Source: Bacteroidales bacterium (GTDB lineage Bacteria; Bacteroidota; Bacteroidia; Bacteroidales; WCHB1-69). Taken from it: 64,000 nucleotides of DNA. Positions 25,901 to 34,409 of the stretch are shown one piece after another. The stretch lies in NCBI GenBank assembly GCA_047638115.1, contig JBLJBB010000057.1, positions 15,686 through 79,685 of the forward strand, read 5' to 3'. Made by a program: the position numbers and the translations under genes. Position 1 is the first letter of the stretch. The number at the start of each line of letters is the position of its first letter. The notes under the pieces were generated by a model. The model did not search any database. It was given only the letters and a program-made list of their open reading frames with translations, and was not told where the DNA came from.

Positions 25901-27133
25901 GCAAATCAACAGCGAGCCATCTTTGAAGAGAAAGACAGGCATAGAACGATACTGTTTCCATGGTTTTCCGATTTTTACTCTCCGTTGGCTCCCATCCTGG
26001 CGAAACAGGTGGGGTACAACTTTGAAAACCTCCCCCCATCCGATCAGGAATCTATCGATTTGGGTTTGAAATATGCCAATAATGAGGTGTGTTATCCCGC
26101 CACTCTGGTGGTAGGAGATATTATCAAGGCGCTCCAAAGTGGCAAGTACAATCCTAACGATATTGCAATTGGGATCACCCAAACGGGGGGACAGTGTAGG
26201 GCTACCAATTACTTGTCGCTGATCAAAAGGGCAATGGCGAATGCTGGGTATGATGAGGTGCCGATCATTGGATTGGGCTCTCCCGATGCGATTTTCAACT
26301 TGCAACCCGGATTTCAGCCGAAGTGGCGCTCCATCATCCGGCCCACGTTCTCAGCGCTCCTTTTTGCCGATGCGATTTCCAAGTTATATTACGCTACGGC
26401 CTCTCGTGAAGAGACCAATGTGAACTCAAAGCGTCTGAAAGAGAAGTATATTAAGTTAGCTCAACAGGTATTGGAAAACAAAAAGCACAATCAATTGATC
26501 CCTTTATTGGAAAAGGCGGTGCTCGAGTTTAACCAGGTTCCTTTGAAATATCAAGAAGTGAAAACGGTGGGATTGGTAGGAGAGATCTATGTTAAGTTTA
26601 ATGCATACGGTCAATATTATATCATCGATTGGCTCATAGACAACCACATCGCGGTGGAGATTCCGCCGTTGATGGAGTTTATGATGCAGGCGTTTGTCAA
26701 TACCAAAGCGCAGCGCAACGACTTTATCGCCCCCAGAAATGGGTTAGATTTCATCGAGTCGCTTATGGAGTTGTATGCCAACCATTTTATCGGCAAGTTT
26801 GAGAAGGTGTTGCAGCAGTTCCGCTACTACAAGCCAACTCCCTCGATCCACCACGCGGCGTCGCTCGCCTCTGAGATCTTAAATTTGAATCATCAGTATG
26901 GGGAGGGGTGGCTGATTCCCGCTGAGATAGCCACTTTTGCGGCACATAACATCCATGATGTCGTGTGTTTGCAACCGTTTGGCTGTATAGCCAACCACAT
27001 CATTGGCAAGGGGATGGAGAAGAAAATCAAGCAACGCTATCCCCAGTTGAACCTCTTGTACCTCGACTTCGACTCCGGCATCAGTAAAGTGAATGTGCTT
27101 AATCGATTACATTTTTTACTACAGAATCAATGA
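22904..27133 (+). CDS. Fused acyl-CoA dehydratase activase-related protein (two BcrAD/BadFG ATPase modules plus CoA-enzyme-activase-associated C-terminal domains)
   Basis: Two ASKHA phosphate-1 motifs (LGIDIGSTTVK and LGIDSGSTTTK), with DIGGEDAK / DIGGQDMK. 1409 aa. The C-terminal half resembles YjiM/DUF2229-type partners. Confidence 0.8.
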   Translation: MTTLKLGIDIGSTTVKVLITDATLHPLFSRYSRHNTRVEDTLVSLLSEIHQIFPTQHFSIAFTGSAGMGIAEKTGALFIQEIIAATELVKHDYPEVKTIIDIGGEDAKLVLLDNLANPDIRMNGNCAGGTGAYIDQMAALLNVSIEQLNDWAENHSRIYPVASRCGVFAKTDVQNLISRKIDPQDIAASIFEAVANQTLNTLARGCRLNTQILLCGGPLTYIPFLRAAFAKVLHIDLSNFVIPDQGALFTALGTAFSIPQNTPPTTIPEFLAKLTQPSPKPMSDYHLSPLFGSQQNFDTWQQVRNLVPIPQNGISQSEKLFLGIDSGSTTTKIVVLNEHKEMVFHFYKHNNGDPLQTITHGLLSLYDKMNQLPNLPKMVASAVTGYGEELIRNGLGIDFGIVETVAHTLAAQQLDPEVTFVLDIGGQDMKAIFIQQGIITNIEINEACSSGCGTFIEGFANTLGYSSEAFAQLAINAQTPYDLGSRCTVFMNSKVKQALRDGASVEDLSAGLAYSVIKNCLHKVLRIESNADIGNTVVVQGGTFKNSAVFRSLEILSGKKVVISDFPELMGAYGAAIYAFDKQNTLQKSGFVGFDHLQLGLSFQSTYKACMGCSNRCMITKYHFNNGNSAFAGNKCEKIFSNSGTKMMKGENLFDQKWSLFHNRKSENRNHTTVGLPLILNMYENYPFWHTLFTESGFHVIPSDDSTQALYQKGIGGAMSDNICFPAKLAHGHIENLIEKRVDRIFLPMVVYEQKKFSKSTNSFNCPVVTGYPEVLKSGVLDRLPDNMVIDTLPFSFQSEKLLQQACRRYLKSLGVPNSLFQLAFQKAIQEQARYKRKVMEANTQILERAIRDQKPIVMVAGHPYHMDPLIHQKVSQILSDLGVCVINEEVDMSQSEHSFDPFFTISQWEYTNRLLQATKWITEQPFPIGMVQLNSFGCGLDSIILSEIKHLVNQKQIPYAWVRIDEIASPGSVKLRLRSLVESMKMRKPIENINKYTIANQQRAIFEEKDRHRTILFPWFSDFYSPLAPILAKQVGYNFENLPPSDQESIDLGLKYANNEVCYPATLVVGDIIKALQSGKYNPNDIAIGITQTGGQCRATNYLSLIKRAMANAGYDEVPIIGLGSPDAIFNLQPGFQPKWRSIIRPTFSALLFADAISKLYYATASREETNVNSKRLKEKYIKLAQQVLENKKHNQLIPLLEKAVLEFNQVPLKYQEVKTVGLVGEIYVKFNAYGQYYIIDWLIDNHIAVEIPPLMEFMMQAFVNTKAQRNDFIAPRNGLDFIESLMELYANHFIGKFEKVLQQFRYYKPTPSIHHAASLASEILNLNHQYGEGWLIPAEIATFAAHNIHDVVCLQPFGCIANHIIGKGMEKKIKQRYPQLNLLYLDFDSGISKVNVLNRLHFLLQNQ

Positions 27134-27192
27134 AATGTTTTCTAAATTGGCTTTTCATTTTCAATCCAGAAAGAGTTCATTTGTTTTTTCTT

Positions 27193-27200
27193 TACTTTTG
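27193..27200 (+). promoter_or_regulatory. Candidate -7 box for the 193-aa OMP-like gene
   Basis: TACTTTTG, 37 nt upstream of ATG at 27238. Confidence 0.4.
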
Positions 27201-27237
27201 CATATCATTCTAAAATTTTTGTTTTAATTCGATAAAT

Positions 27238-27819
27238 ATGAAAAAATGGTTCTTTCTCTTTGTTGTTTTCACTTACTCTCTGTTTCTTTATGCAAATGAA
27301 CCAAAAAAAGATATCTATAGTGGGGGAATGTTGTTTTATCAGCCCGGATATACAATGGCTCATAACCCTCATCAAGAGATTACGGGGTTAAGTAATTCAA
27401 TTGGTGGTATTTTAAGATTCTATTTTTGGGATTATTTTACTTGTGGTATATATGGTGGAAGCCAAAAAACACATTATAATACTATAAATTCTACAAATTC
27501 TTATATGAATTTGGGTTATGGAGGAGTATTTGCTGGTGGTGTATTAAAAACAGGAAAATTAAGATTTGTACTCTCTTTTTTTGCAGGTAAAGGTGCCATA
27601 AGTAACTTGCATATTGAAAAACAAAACAATACTATACTTGAAGATGCAAATTTGTATAAATATGGTGTTTTTGTATATTCTCCAATTTTTAGTGCTGATT
27701 ATATGCTTACTTCAAAGATTTCGTTGACAACACAAGTCATATGTTTAACTACGCAAATTCCTGATGAGAAGCACTTTATTAACCCCACTTTTCAGATTGG
27801 GATTTTATTTAATCGATAA
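27238..27819 (+). CDS. Hypothetical outer-membrane beta-barrel-like protein
   Basis: Signal peptide, alternating aromatic/Gly-rich strands, C-terminal ..FQIGILFNR. No family recognised. Confidence 0.55.
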   Translation: MKKWFFLFVVFTYSLFLYANEPKKDIYSGGMLFYQPGYTMAHNPHQEITGLSNSIGGILRFYFWDYFTCGIYGGSQKTHYNTINSTNSYMNLGYGGVFAGGVLKTGKLRFVLSFFAGKGAISNLHIEKQNNTILEDANLYKYGVFVYSPIFSADYMLTSKISLTTQVICLTTQIPDEKHFINPTFQIGILFNR

Positions 27820-27842
27820 TATTTTGGATTTAATAATGTTGA

Positions 27843-30800
27843 TTATAATAGTGCGTCAAATAGAATTTCTAAAGGGTGACAAGAATCTACTTTTGTGCCA
27901 TCTTTAATTTGATGCCGACAACTTGTGCCACAGGCAGCAATCATTGATTCATTTTGATATGCTCTTATAGTTGGAAATAAAATTAATTCTCCAATTTTTT
28001 GTGACATTTCGAAATGCTCTTTTTCAAAACCAAAAGAACCAGCCATACCACAGCACCCATCTTCGATTAGTGTAACTCTGTAATTGATTGGAATCTGCAT
28101 CATTCTGATACTGGCACTCTTATCAGAAATTGCTTTTTGGTAACAATGAGCATGAAATAAGATATGTTTTTGTTCTCGAGAAAATTTTGTTCTATCGATA
28201 TCCCCTTTTTCCATTAGAAGAGCAATAAATTCATCTATAAGATAAGTGTTTTTTGATAGATGAATAGCTTTAGATTTTAAATTTCCGTTTAATAGATCAG
28301 GGTACTCATCTCTAAATGATAGTATTGCAGAAGGTTCAATCCCAATTAATGGTGTTTCATCAGAAATTAATGGGCTGTAAAGTTTTACGTTTTTTTCAGC
28401 ACATTTCCGTGCACTTTTTAACATCCCTTTTGAGAGATATGTTCTACCACTGAAAGCAGATTTAATAATGAGAACTTCATAACCAAGTGCTTCCAATAAA
28501 AGAATCCCTTTTTTGCCAATTTCTGTATCATTTCTATTCGTAAATTCATCACAAAACAGATACAACTTTTTTAGTGTATTTGGTTTCTGATCTCCTCTTT
28601 TTTTTATCCAAGAATATAAAGATTGCTTATGTATGGTTGGTAAACTTCGTTTAGGAGCAAAACCAATCACTTTTTTCAGAAGATTAGATGCTTTTTTGTT
28701 TGTAACCGTCCAGTTGTAAATAGATGAAAAGTAACTCCCTAACTCATTAATAATTGGGTAGTTTCCAATAATTCTACTTCTCAATGGAATTCCATGATGA
28801 TCATAATAATGTTGCAAAAATTCTGCTTTCAATTTGGTCATATCAACCTGTGAAGGACATTCAGCTTTACATGCCTTACATGCTAAACACCAAGATAATA
28901 TTTTATAAATCTCTTTTTCATTATATTCCAAATATAAACTTGTATTTCCAGAAGTATTTGATCTTTTTTTATCAAAAAATTGATTCAACTTTGAAGGAGT
29001 TTGTAAATATTCCCTTAATAGGTTTGCTCTGGCTCTGGTACTGAAATACTCATCATTCGTCGCTTGGAATGAGGGACACATGGCCCCAGAAAAGAGATGG
29101 GATTTTCTACAATCACCTGAATTACAACACTTATTTACCGCATTTTCAAAGCCGTCGGTTTCAGGAAAATCAAAATAGGATTGATTACTAATATGTGTTG
29201 AAAAAGGATTCACTCTTAGATTTTGATCTATGGGAGGAGTATTTGTAATTTTGCCTACGTTAAAAATATGGTTTGGGTCGAAGAGATTTTTAATTGAAAT
29301 TAGGAGTTCATAGTTTTTATTTCCTAACATAAAAGGGATGAAAGCTCCTCTCAATCTCCCATCACCATGTTCTCCGCTAATTGATCCTTTATATTTCTTT
29401 ACTAATTGTGCATCCCATTGTGCTATGAAAGAGAATAGTTGATACTCTTCAACTTTTTGTAAGTTTAATATAGGTTTCTTATGAATTTCACCTGTAGAAA
29501 TATGTCCATAATATATTACATCTACCTTGTTTTCCTTACAAATCTGATCAAATTCAGCAAAATAGGAGGGGAGATCTTTAGGTAATACAACACTATCCTC
29601 TACAAAGGATCTCGCTTTGGCATCCCCTTTTAAATTGGACATGATTCCTAATCCGGCTTTTCTTAGATTCCAAACGTTATTAAGATTTGACCCTTTTAGA
29701 ATGGGAAAATGGAATCCAATTCCTTCCATTTTTAGTAATTGAATACATTGCGAACATTTTGTTAGAAGCTCATCTTCACTGTCCTCTGTGAACTCTATGG
29801 CTAATAAAGTTATGGTCTCTTTGTGATTCTCAACATCTAAAAAATCAATATTTTTAGCTTGAGATCTATTCTCTAAACTAAGCTTTAATATCTGATTGTC
29901 AATAAGTTCTACCGCAGACGGTTTCAGTTTTAAAGCAATGATATTGCCTTTAAGTGTTTCAGTAATCGAATGAGTGTGAACTGCAATAACCGCTTTATGG
30001 ATTGAGGGTAAAGGTGAGAGTTTCACTTTAATAGCAGTCACAAATGCTAAAGTTCCTTCCGATCCTGCTAATAATTTGCAAAGATTGAAGGGATGTTCAC
30101 TTTTGTAGGTTTGATCATCTTGTGTTGAAAAAAGATCTGAATAGATGAGTTCGTCTATGGCATAGCCACAATTACGCCTAATTATTTGCTTCTCTGGAAA
30201 GTGATTCTTAATTTCCTGTTGGTTCTGAGAATCAGATAAAATGGCCCAGAGAGAGTCATATATTTTATATTCAAAACTATCCTTATTTAGATTCCTTATA
30301 AAATGGGGAAAATTATCAATATTTTTAAAATAAAAATCGGATCCATCCGACAAATACCCTTTCACTTCCAAAATATGTTCTCTGGTAGTTCCATAAACTA
30401 ATGCATTGGCACCGCATGAGTTATTTCCAAACATGCCACCTATACATGCTCTGTTTGAAGTGGATGTTTCTGGTGCAAAAAATAATCCTTTTTGGGATAG
30501 ATGTTGATTTAAAATATCTCTTACAACTCCTGGCTCAACCCAAGCGAATTGTTCTGATTCATTAATCTCAATAATGTGATTAAAATATTTGGAAATATCA
30601 ACCACTAAACCATTCCCAACAACTTGACCAGCTAATGAAGTGCCTCCCGCCCTAGGAATCAGTGAAATTTTATTTTCCAGAGCAAATTGAATCAACAGTT
30701 TTATATCTTCATTTACTTTGGGATAAACAACTCCTATGGGGATTTCTCTGTATTCAGAAGCGTCGGTAGCATAAATATATCTGTATGATGATTGGTCATA

Positions 30801-30845
30801 AATTTCACCTTGAAAAGATTTTTTATATAAATCCAATAAGTTCAT
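27843..30845 (-). CDS. FAD-binding and (Fe-S)-binding oxidoreductase (GlcD-like plus GlpC/CCG-like fusion)
   Basis: FAD PCMH-domain motif PRAGGTSLAGQ, ferredoxin-type CLACKACKAECP, and C-terminal Cys-rich CCG-type repeats (..GCCGMAGSFG..). 1000 aa. Confidence 0.8.
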   Translation of the reverse strand: MNLLDLYKKSFQGEIYDQSSYRYIYATDASEYREIPIGVVYPKVNEDIKLLIQFALENKISLIPRAGGTSLAGQVVGNGLVVDISKYFNHIIEINESEQFAWVEPGVVRDILNQHLSQKGLFFAPETSTSNRACIGGMFGNNSCGANALVYGTTREHILEVKGYLSDGSDFYFKNIDNFPHFIRNLNKDSFEYKIYDSLWAILSDSQNQQEIKNHFPEKQIIRRNCGYAIDELIYSDLFSTQDDQTYKSEHPFNLCKLLAGSEGTLAFVTAIKVKLSPLPSIHKAVIAVHTHSITETLKGNIIALKLKPSAVELIDNQILKLSLENRSQAKNIDFLDVENHKETITLLAIEFTEDSEDELLTKCSQCIQLLKMEGIGFHFPILKGSNLNNVWNLRKAGLGIMSNLKGDAKARSFVEDSVVLPKDLPSYFAEFDQICKENKVDVIYYGHISTGEIHKKPILNLQKVEEYQLFSFIAQWDAQLVKKYKGSISGEHGDGRLRGAFIPFMLGNKNYELLISIKNLFDPNHIFNVGKITNTPPIDQNLRVNPFSTHISNQSYFDFPETDGFENAVNKCCNSGDCRKSHLFSGAMCPSFQATNDEYFSTRARANLLREYLQTPSKLNQFFDKKRSNTSGNTSLYLEYNEKEIYKILSWCLACKACKAECPSQVDMTKLKAEFLQHYYDHHGIPLRSRIIGNYPIINELGSYFSSIYNWTVTNKKASNLLKKVIGFAPKRSLPTIHKQSLYSWIKKRGDQKPNTLKKLYLFCDEFTNRNDTEIGKKGILLLEALGYEVLIIKSAFSGRTYLSKGMLKSARKCAEKNVKLYSPLISDETPLIGIEPSAILSFRDEYPDLLNGNLKSKAIHLSKNTYLIDEFIALLMEKGDIDRTKFSREQKHILFHAHCYQKAISDKSASIRMMQIPINYRVTLIEDGCCGMAGSFGFEKEHFEMSQKIGELILFPTIRAYQNESMIAACGTSCRHQIKDGTKVDSCHPLEILFDALL

Positions 30846-30867
30846 AAGTGATTCGATATTTAGAGTG

Positions 30868-30875
30868 CAAAAGTA
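30868..30875 (-). promoter_or_regulatory. Candidate -7 box for the FAD/Fe-S oxidoreductase gene
   Basis: Minus-strand TACTTTTG, 22 nt upstream of ATG at 30845. Confidence 0.4.
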
Positions 30876-30929
30876 AGATTATTTTGAAAAATAAATTGTA
30901 TTTTTACATTCTAAAATCAAGTGTAAAAA

Positions 30930-31580
30930 ATGAAACTCTATAAAAAAATTATTTTATTCTTAATCGTGTCATTTGTAGTAACTTCATGTACAAAGACAGT
31001 GAATGAATTTTATCCTTCTGGAAGACTTAAATCTCAAATTCAGTACCGTAATGGGAAAGAAAATGGTATTTCTAAATATTATAATGAGAGTTATGGCTCA
31101 GTAATTTTGGAAACTCAAATGAAAAATGGTAAGAAAGATGGGTTTTTGAAAAGATATTATTTCAATGGTAATTTGGAATACGAAGCGCACTATTCTAATG
31201 ATCAACTTGATGGAATTGAAAGATATTACACAAAAAAGGGTCAAATGGTGATGGAAACGATGTATAAAAAAGGGATCAAAGAGGGTCCTTACCATTCATG
31301 GCACGAAAATGGTGTTCAGTTTAATATTGGAGCTTATAAAAATGATCTGCAAAATGGTAAATGGGAAATCTACGACGAAAGGGGTTTGCTTATTGGTGAA
31401 GCTACTTTCAACGAAGGAACTGGTGAGCAATTAGCTTTCGACCAGAATGGAATTTTAAATCGAAAAACATTGTATAAAGGCGGATTGAAAGATGGTGAAG
31501 AAACCTATTATAAACCAGATGGTTCCATTGATAAAGTTCTTGTATTTCAGAAGGATAGAATCATTGAAGAACGCAAATAA
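30930..31580 (+). CDS. MORN-repeat-variant (YwqK-like) lipoprotein
   Basis: Lipobox VVTSC. Repeated G-x-x-(N/D)G-x-x-x-x-Y(Y/H) units (NGKENGISKYY, NGKKDGFLKRYY, DQLDGIERYY, KGIKEGPYHSW, DLQNGKWEIY, GGLKDGEETYY). Confidence 0.7.
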   Translation: MKLYKKIILFLIVSFVVTSCTKTVNEFYPSGRLKSQIQYRNGKENGISKYYNESYGSVILETQMKNGKKDGFLKRYYFNGNLEYEAHYSNDQLDGIERYYTKKGQMVMETMYKKGIKEGPYHSWHENGVQFNIGAYKNDLQNGKWEIYDERGLLIGEATFNEGTGEQLAFDQNGILNRKTLYKGGLKDGEETYYKPDGSIDKVLVFQKDRIIEERK

Positions 31581-31594
31581 TTTACTCCTCAGAA

Positions 31595-33157
31595 ATGAAA
31601 GCACGTTTTTTAATTCTTTTTCTACTCATCTTGCTATCTGTTCCCAGCTTAGCCCAAAAAAGGATAACTTATCGGGCTGAATGGGCGTATCATGATGATG
31701 AGAATTTTCCTGGTATTGAAAAGTTAATTGGAAATGTAATATTTACTCATGAAAATACCATTGGATATTGCGACAGTGCTTTTAATTATGTAAATGAAAA
31801 TTATATAATTGCTTATGGCAATCCTGTTAAAATTTTCATCAATGACTCAGTAACGTTATATGGTGATCAAGTTATTTATAATGGAAATACCAAAATTACA
31901 AATATAATCGGGAAAGTCATTTTACAAGATAATACTTCAGCATTGTATACAAATAGTCTAATGTACGACAATAATAACGATGTAGGTTATTATACTACTT
32001 GGGGCAAAATGATCAATCAAACAGATACTTTGACGAGTGATCTCGGATACTACTATACAAAAGATAAAATCGTCTTTTTGAATAGTAATGTTCATTTTGT
32101 AAATGAATCATATACAATGAATTGTGATTCATTGAGATATAATACATTGAATGAAGTGATCTATTTTATTTCTCGAACAAAACTGGTTTCTGATGATAAT
32201 GTGATCTTAACCAATTCAGGTTGGTATGACACAAAAAATGACTTAGCACTTTTAATTGATAGTGTTGAATTATTTAACCGAGATCAGAAATTAACCGGAG
32301 ATTCATTATATTATGATAGAAATACCAAGTTTGGAATTGGATGGAATAATGTTATAGTTCATGATACTACAAAAGGGTATGTTGTAAAAGGAAATTATGT
32401 GGAATATTCGGAAATTGGGGGAAACTCTCTAACCACTGATAGTGCCCTGCTTATCATGATTAATGAAAATGACTCGCTCTATTTGCATGCTGATACATTA
32501 CGATTATTTTTTGATACACTTCAAAATCCACTCGAGATTCATGCATTTAATCATGCAAAATTTTTTAGTTATGATTTGCAAGGTGCTTGTGACTCAATGG
32601 TATATCTAATTAATGACTCCACTTTAACAATGTATCACAACCCTGTTTTATGGTCAGGAGAAAATCAACTTACAGCAGATACCATACGATTTACGATCAT
32701 TGATTCGATCCGTACTAAATTGGATCTTATAAAAGCTGGATTTATAGTTTCATCATTATTTGAAGAGACAGAGTTTAATCAAATTAAAGGGGCATCGATC
32801 CTTGGTTATATTGAAAACAATAAATTACAACAAGTGGATGTAATCAATAATGCGGAGTGTATATATTACATTTTGGATGATGATACTGCACTTATTGGCA
32901 TCAATGTTTCTGTTACCTCAGAAATGAAGATTCTATTTAATCAAAATAAAATTGAACGGATCAATTACTACAATGCACCAGATGGAAAAATTTATGCTGA
33001 TGCAGAATTTAAAAAGGAGGATCGTTTATTGAGAGATTTTCGCTATTTGAATGGGTATCGTCCTAAAGAGATTTTGGATATTTTTAAAAATCCAATTCCG
33101 AGAATTAAGGGTTCTGAGGTGCCATTATCTGGCTCAGTTTTAGATACAAATCAGTAA
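31595..33157 (+). CDS. OstA/LptA-fold-like periplasmic protein
   Basis: Signal peptide, then repeated beta-jellyroll-like segments (LIGNVIFTHENTIGYCDSA.., GKVILQDNTSALYTNSL..). Family label is from memory of Bacteroidota OstA-like proteins. Confidence 0.55.
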   Translation: MKARFLILFLLILLSVPSLAQKRITYRAEWAYHDDENFPGIEKLIGNVIFTHENTIGYCDSAFNYVNENYIIAYGNPVKIFINDSVTLYGDQVIYNGNTKITNIIGKVILQDNTSALYTNSLMYDNNNDVGYYTTWGKMINQTDTLTSDLGYYYTKDKIVFLNSNVHFVNESYTMNCDSLRYNTLNEVIYFISRTKLVSDDNVILTNSGWYDTKNDLALLIDSVELFNRDQKLTGDSLYYDRNTKFGIGWNNVIVHDTTKGYVVKGNYVEYSEIGGNSLTTDSALLIMINENDSLYLHADTLRLFFDTLQNPLEIHAFNHAKFFSYDLQGACDSMVYLINDSTLTMYHNPVLWSGENQLTADTIRFTIIDSIRTKLDLIKAGFIVSSLFEETEFNQIKGASILGYIENNKLQQVDVINNAECIYYILDDDTALIGINVSVTSEMKILFNQNKIERINYYNAPDGKIYADAEFKKEDRLLRDFRYLNGYRPKEILDIFKNPIPRIKGSEVPLSGSVLDTNQ

Positions 33158-34271
33158 AAACCAATGCTGAATTCCCATTTCGTTCAATATGAAATATTGC
33201 GGAATTGCACTCATGAAGCAAAGCCGAAGAGTTTTTTAAAGTTACATAATCTTTAAATGTATATAAAACTTTTTTCTCATTTGAACTAGCCATAACCATC
33301 TGGTCATTTCCCATATGAATCATCAAAATATTTCTGATACATCTTGTCATGTATTTGATAAAATTCTTTTGTTCTTCTCTCCCTTTTGCAATGATTTCTG
33401 AAAAAATATCTTTAACTTCATGAAATCTAATCTGTTCGTGAGATTTTCTTGTAGATAAAGAAATAGCACTTGAAAAAATGATTTCAAAGTTTTTAAGAAT
33501 TTCTCTGAGTTGAGAACTTTCAAGTGTTAACCTTCTTGCTATTGTATAATTTCCTTCAGCAATAGATGCAATATCTTCCGCTTTTTGCTGTGGAATATTG
33601 AATTCTTGAATCAATTGCTCTTCAATCGTCGCTGTTTGAAGTCTTGGAATTTTTACTAATTGAGTTCGTGATAATATGGTTGATAAAATTTTGTCTGGAT
33701 TTTCAGTGAGTAATATGAATAAGGTATTATTTTCCGGTTCTTCAAGCGTTTTTAGCAATTTAGGAGCAGCCGAATGGTAAAGCCGATCAGCACACCACAA
33801 AATATATATTTTATAACCCCCTTCATAGGAACGAACACTATTCTGATTTATAATATTGGAACAATCTCGCATATTGATACTGGCTTGTTTGTTTTCACCT
33901 TCTAATTCAGCTAGCCAATCATCAATATCGATGTGATAATTATTTTTAAATACAAAATTTTTAAAATCTTGAGCAAATAGATTTGAATCAGGATCTTTTT
34001 TTACTTTTTTTGTAATACAATTAGGAAAAATGAGATGCAAGTCTGGATGAGAAAGTTTTTCAAATTTCTGACAAGAGGGGCAAGTTCCACATGAATCTGA
34101 CTCATTACGATTTTCACAACACAGAAATTGAGCATAAGCTATGGCAAGAGCAAATGCATGAGTTCCTGGAGGTGACAAAAAAAGTTGAGCATGACTAATC
34201 CTTGTTTCCTTAACGAGAGAAATTAGTTGATCTTTTAACTCTTGTTCAACGATCACATCTTTAAATAGCAT
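33105..34271 (-). CDS. holB: DNA polymerase III delta-prime subunit
   Basis: AAA+ clamp-loader fold: SHAQLFLSPPGTHAF, zinc module CGTCPSCQKF, DEAD-like YILWCADRL and SRTQLVKIP (SRC-type) motif. Confidence 0.75.
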   Translation of the reverse strand: MLFKDVIVEQELKDQLISLVKETRISHAQLFLSPPGTHAFALAIAYAQFLCCENRNESDSCGTCPSCQKFEKLSHPDLHLIFPNCITKKVKKDPDSNLFAQDFKNFVFKNNYHIDIDDWLAELEGENKQASINMRDCSNIINQNSVRSYEGGYKIYILWCADRLYHSAAPKLLKTLEEPENNTLFILLTENPDKILSTILSRTQLVKIPRLQTATIEEQLIQEFNIPQQKAEDIASIAEGNYTIARRLTLESSQLREILKNFEIIFSSAISLSTRKSHEQIRFHEVKDIFSEIIAKGREEQKNFIKYMTRCIRNILMIHMGNDQMVMASSNEKKVLYTFKDYVTLKNSSALLHECNSAIFHIERNGNSALVFTDLYLKLSQIMAPQNP

Positions 34272-34294
34272 AGAATTTTGGTTTTATGAGTGTG

Positions 34295-34302
34295 CAAAGA
34301 TA
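34295..34302 (-). promoter_or_regulatory. Candidate -7 box for holB
   Basis: Minus-strand TATCTTTG, 23 nt upstream of ATG at 34271. Confidence 0.4.
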
Positions 34303-34409
34303 CAAAAAATGGGCAAATATGTTTTATATTTATAAGCAGAAAAGTGAATATCTCTTCACGTTTATTGTGTTTTTAAAAAACGTTAATATTTCTCAAAATA
34401 ATTCTAAAA

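Noticed and set aside
23042-26423. Antisense and alternative-frame ORFs (up to 153 aa, for example 25844..26305) inside the activase gene
   Set aside because: The same reasoning applies. The roughly 50-55% GC gene yields long spurious frames with no motifs, starts or promoter boxes.
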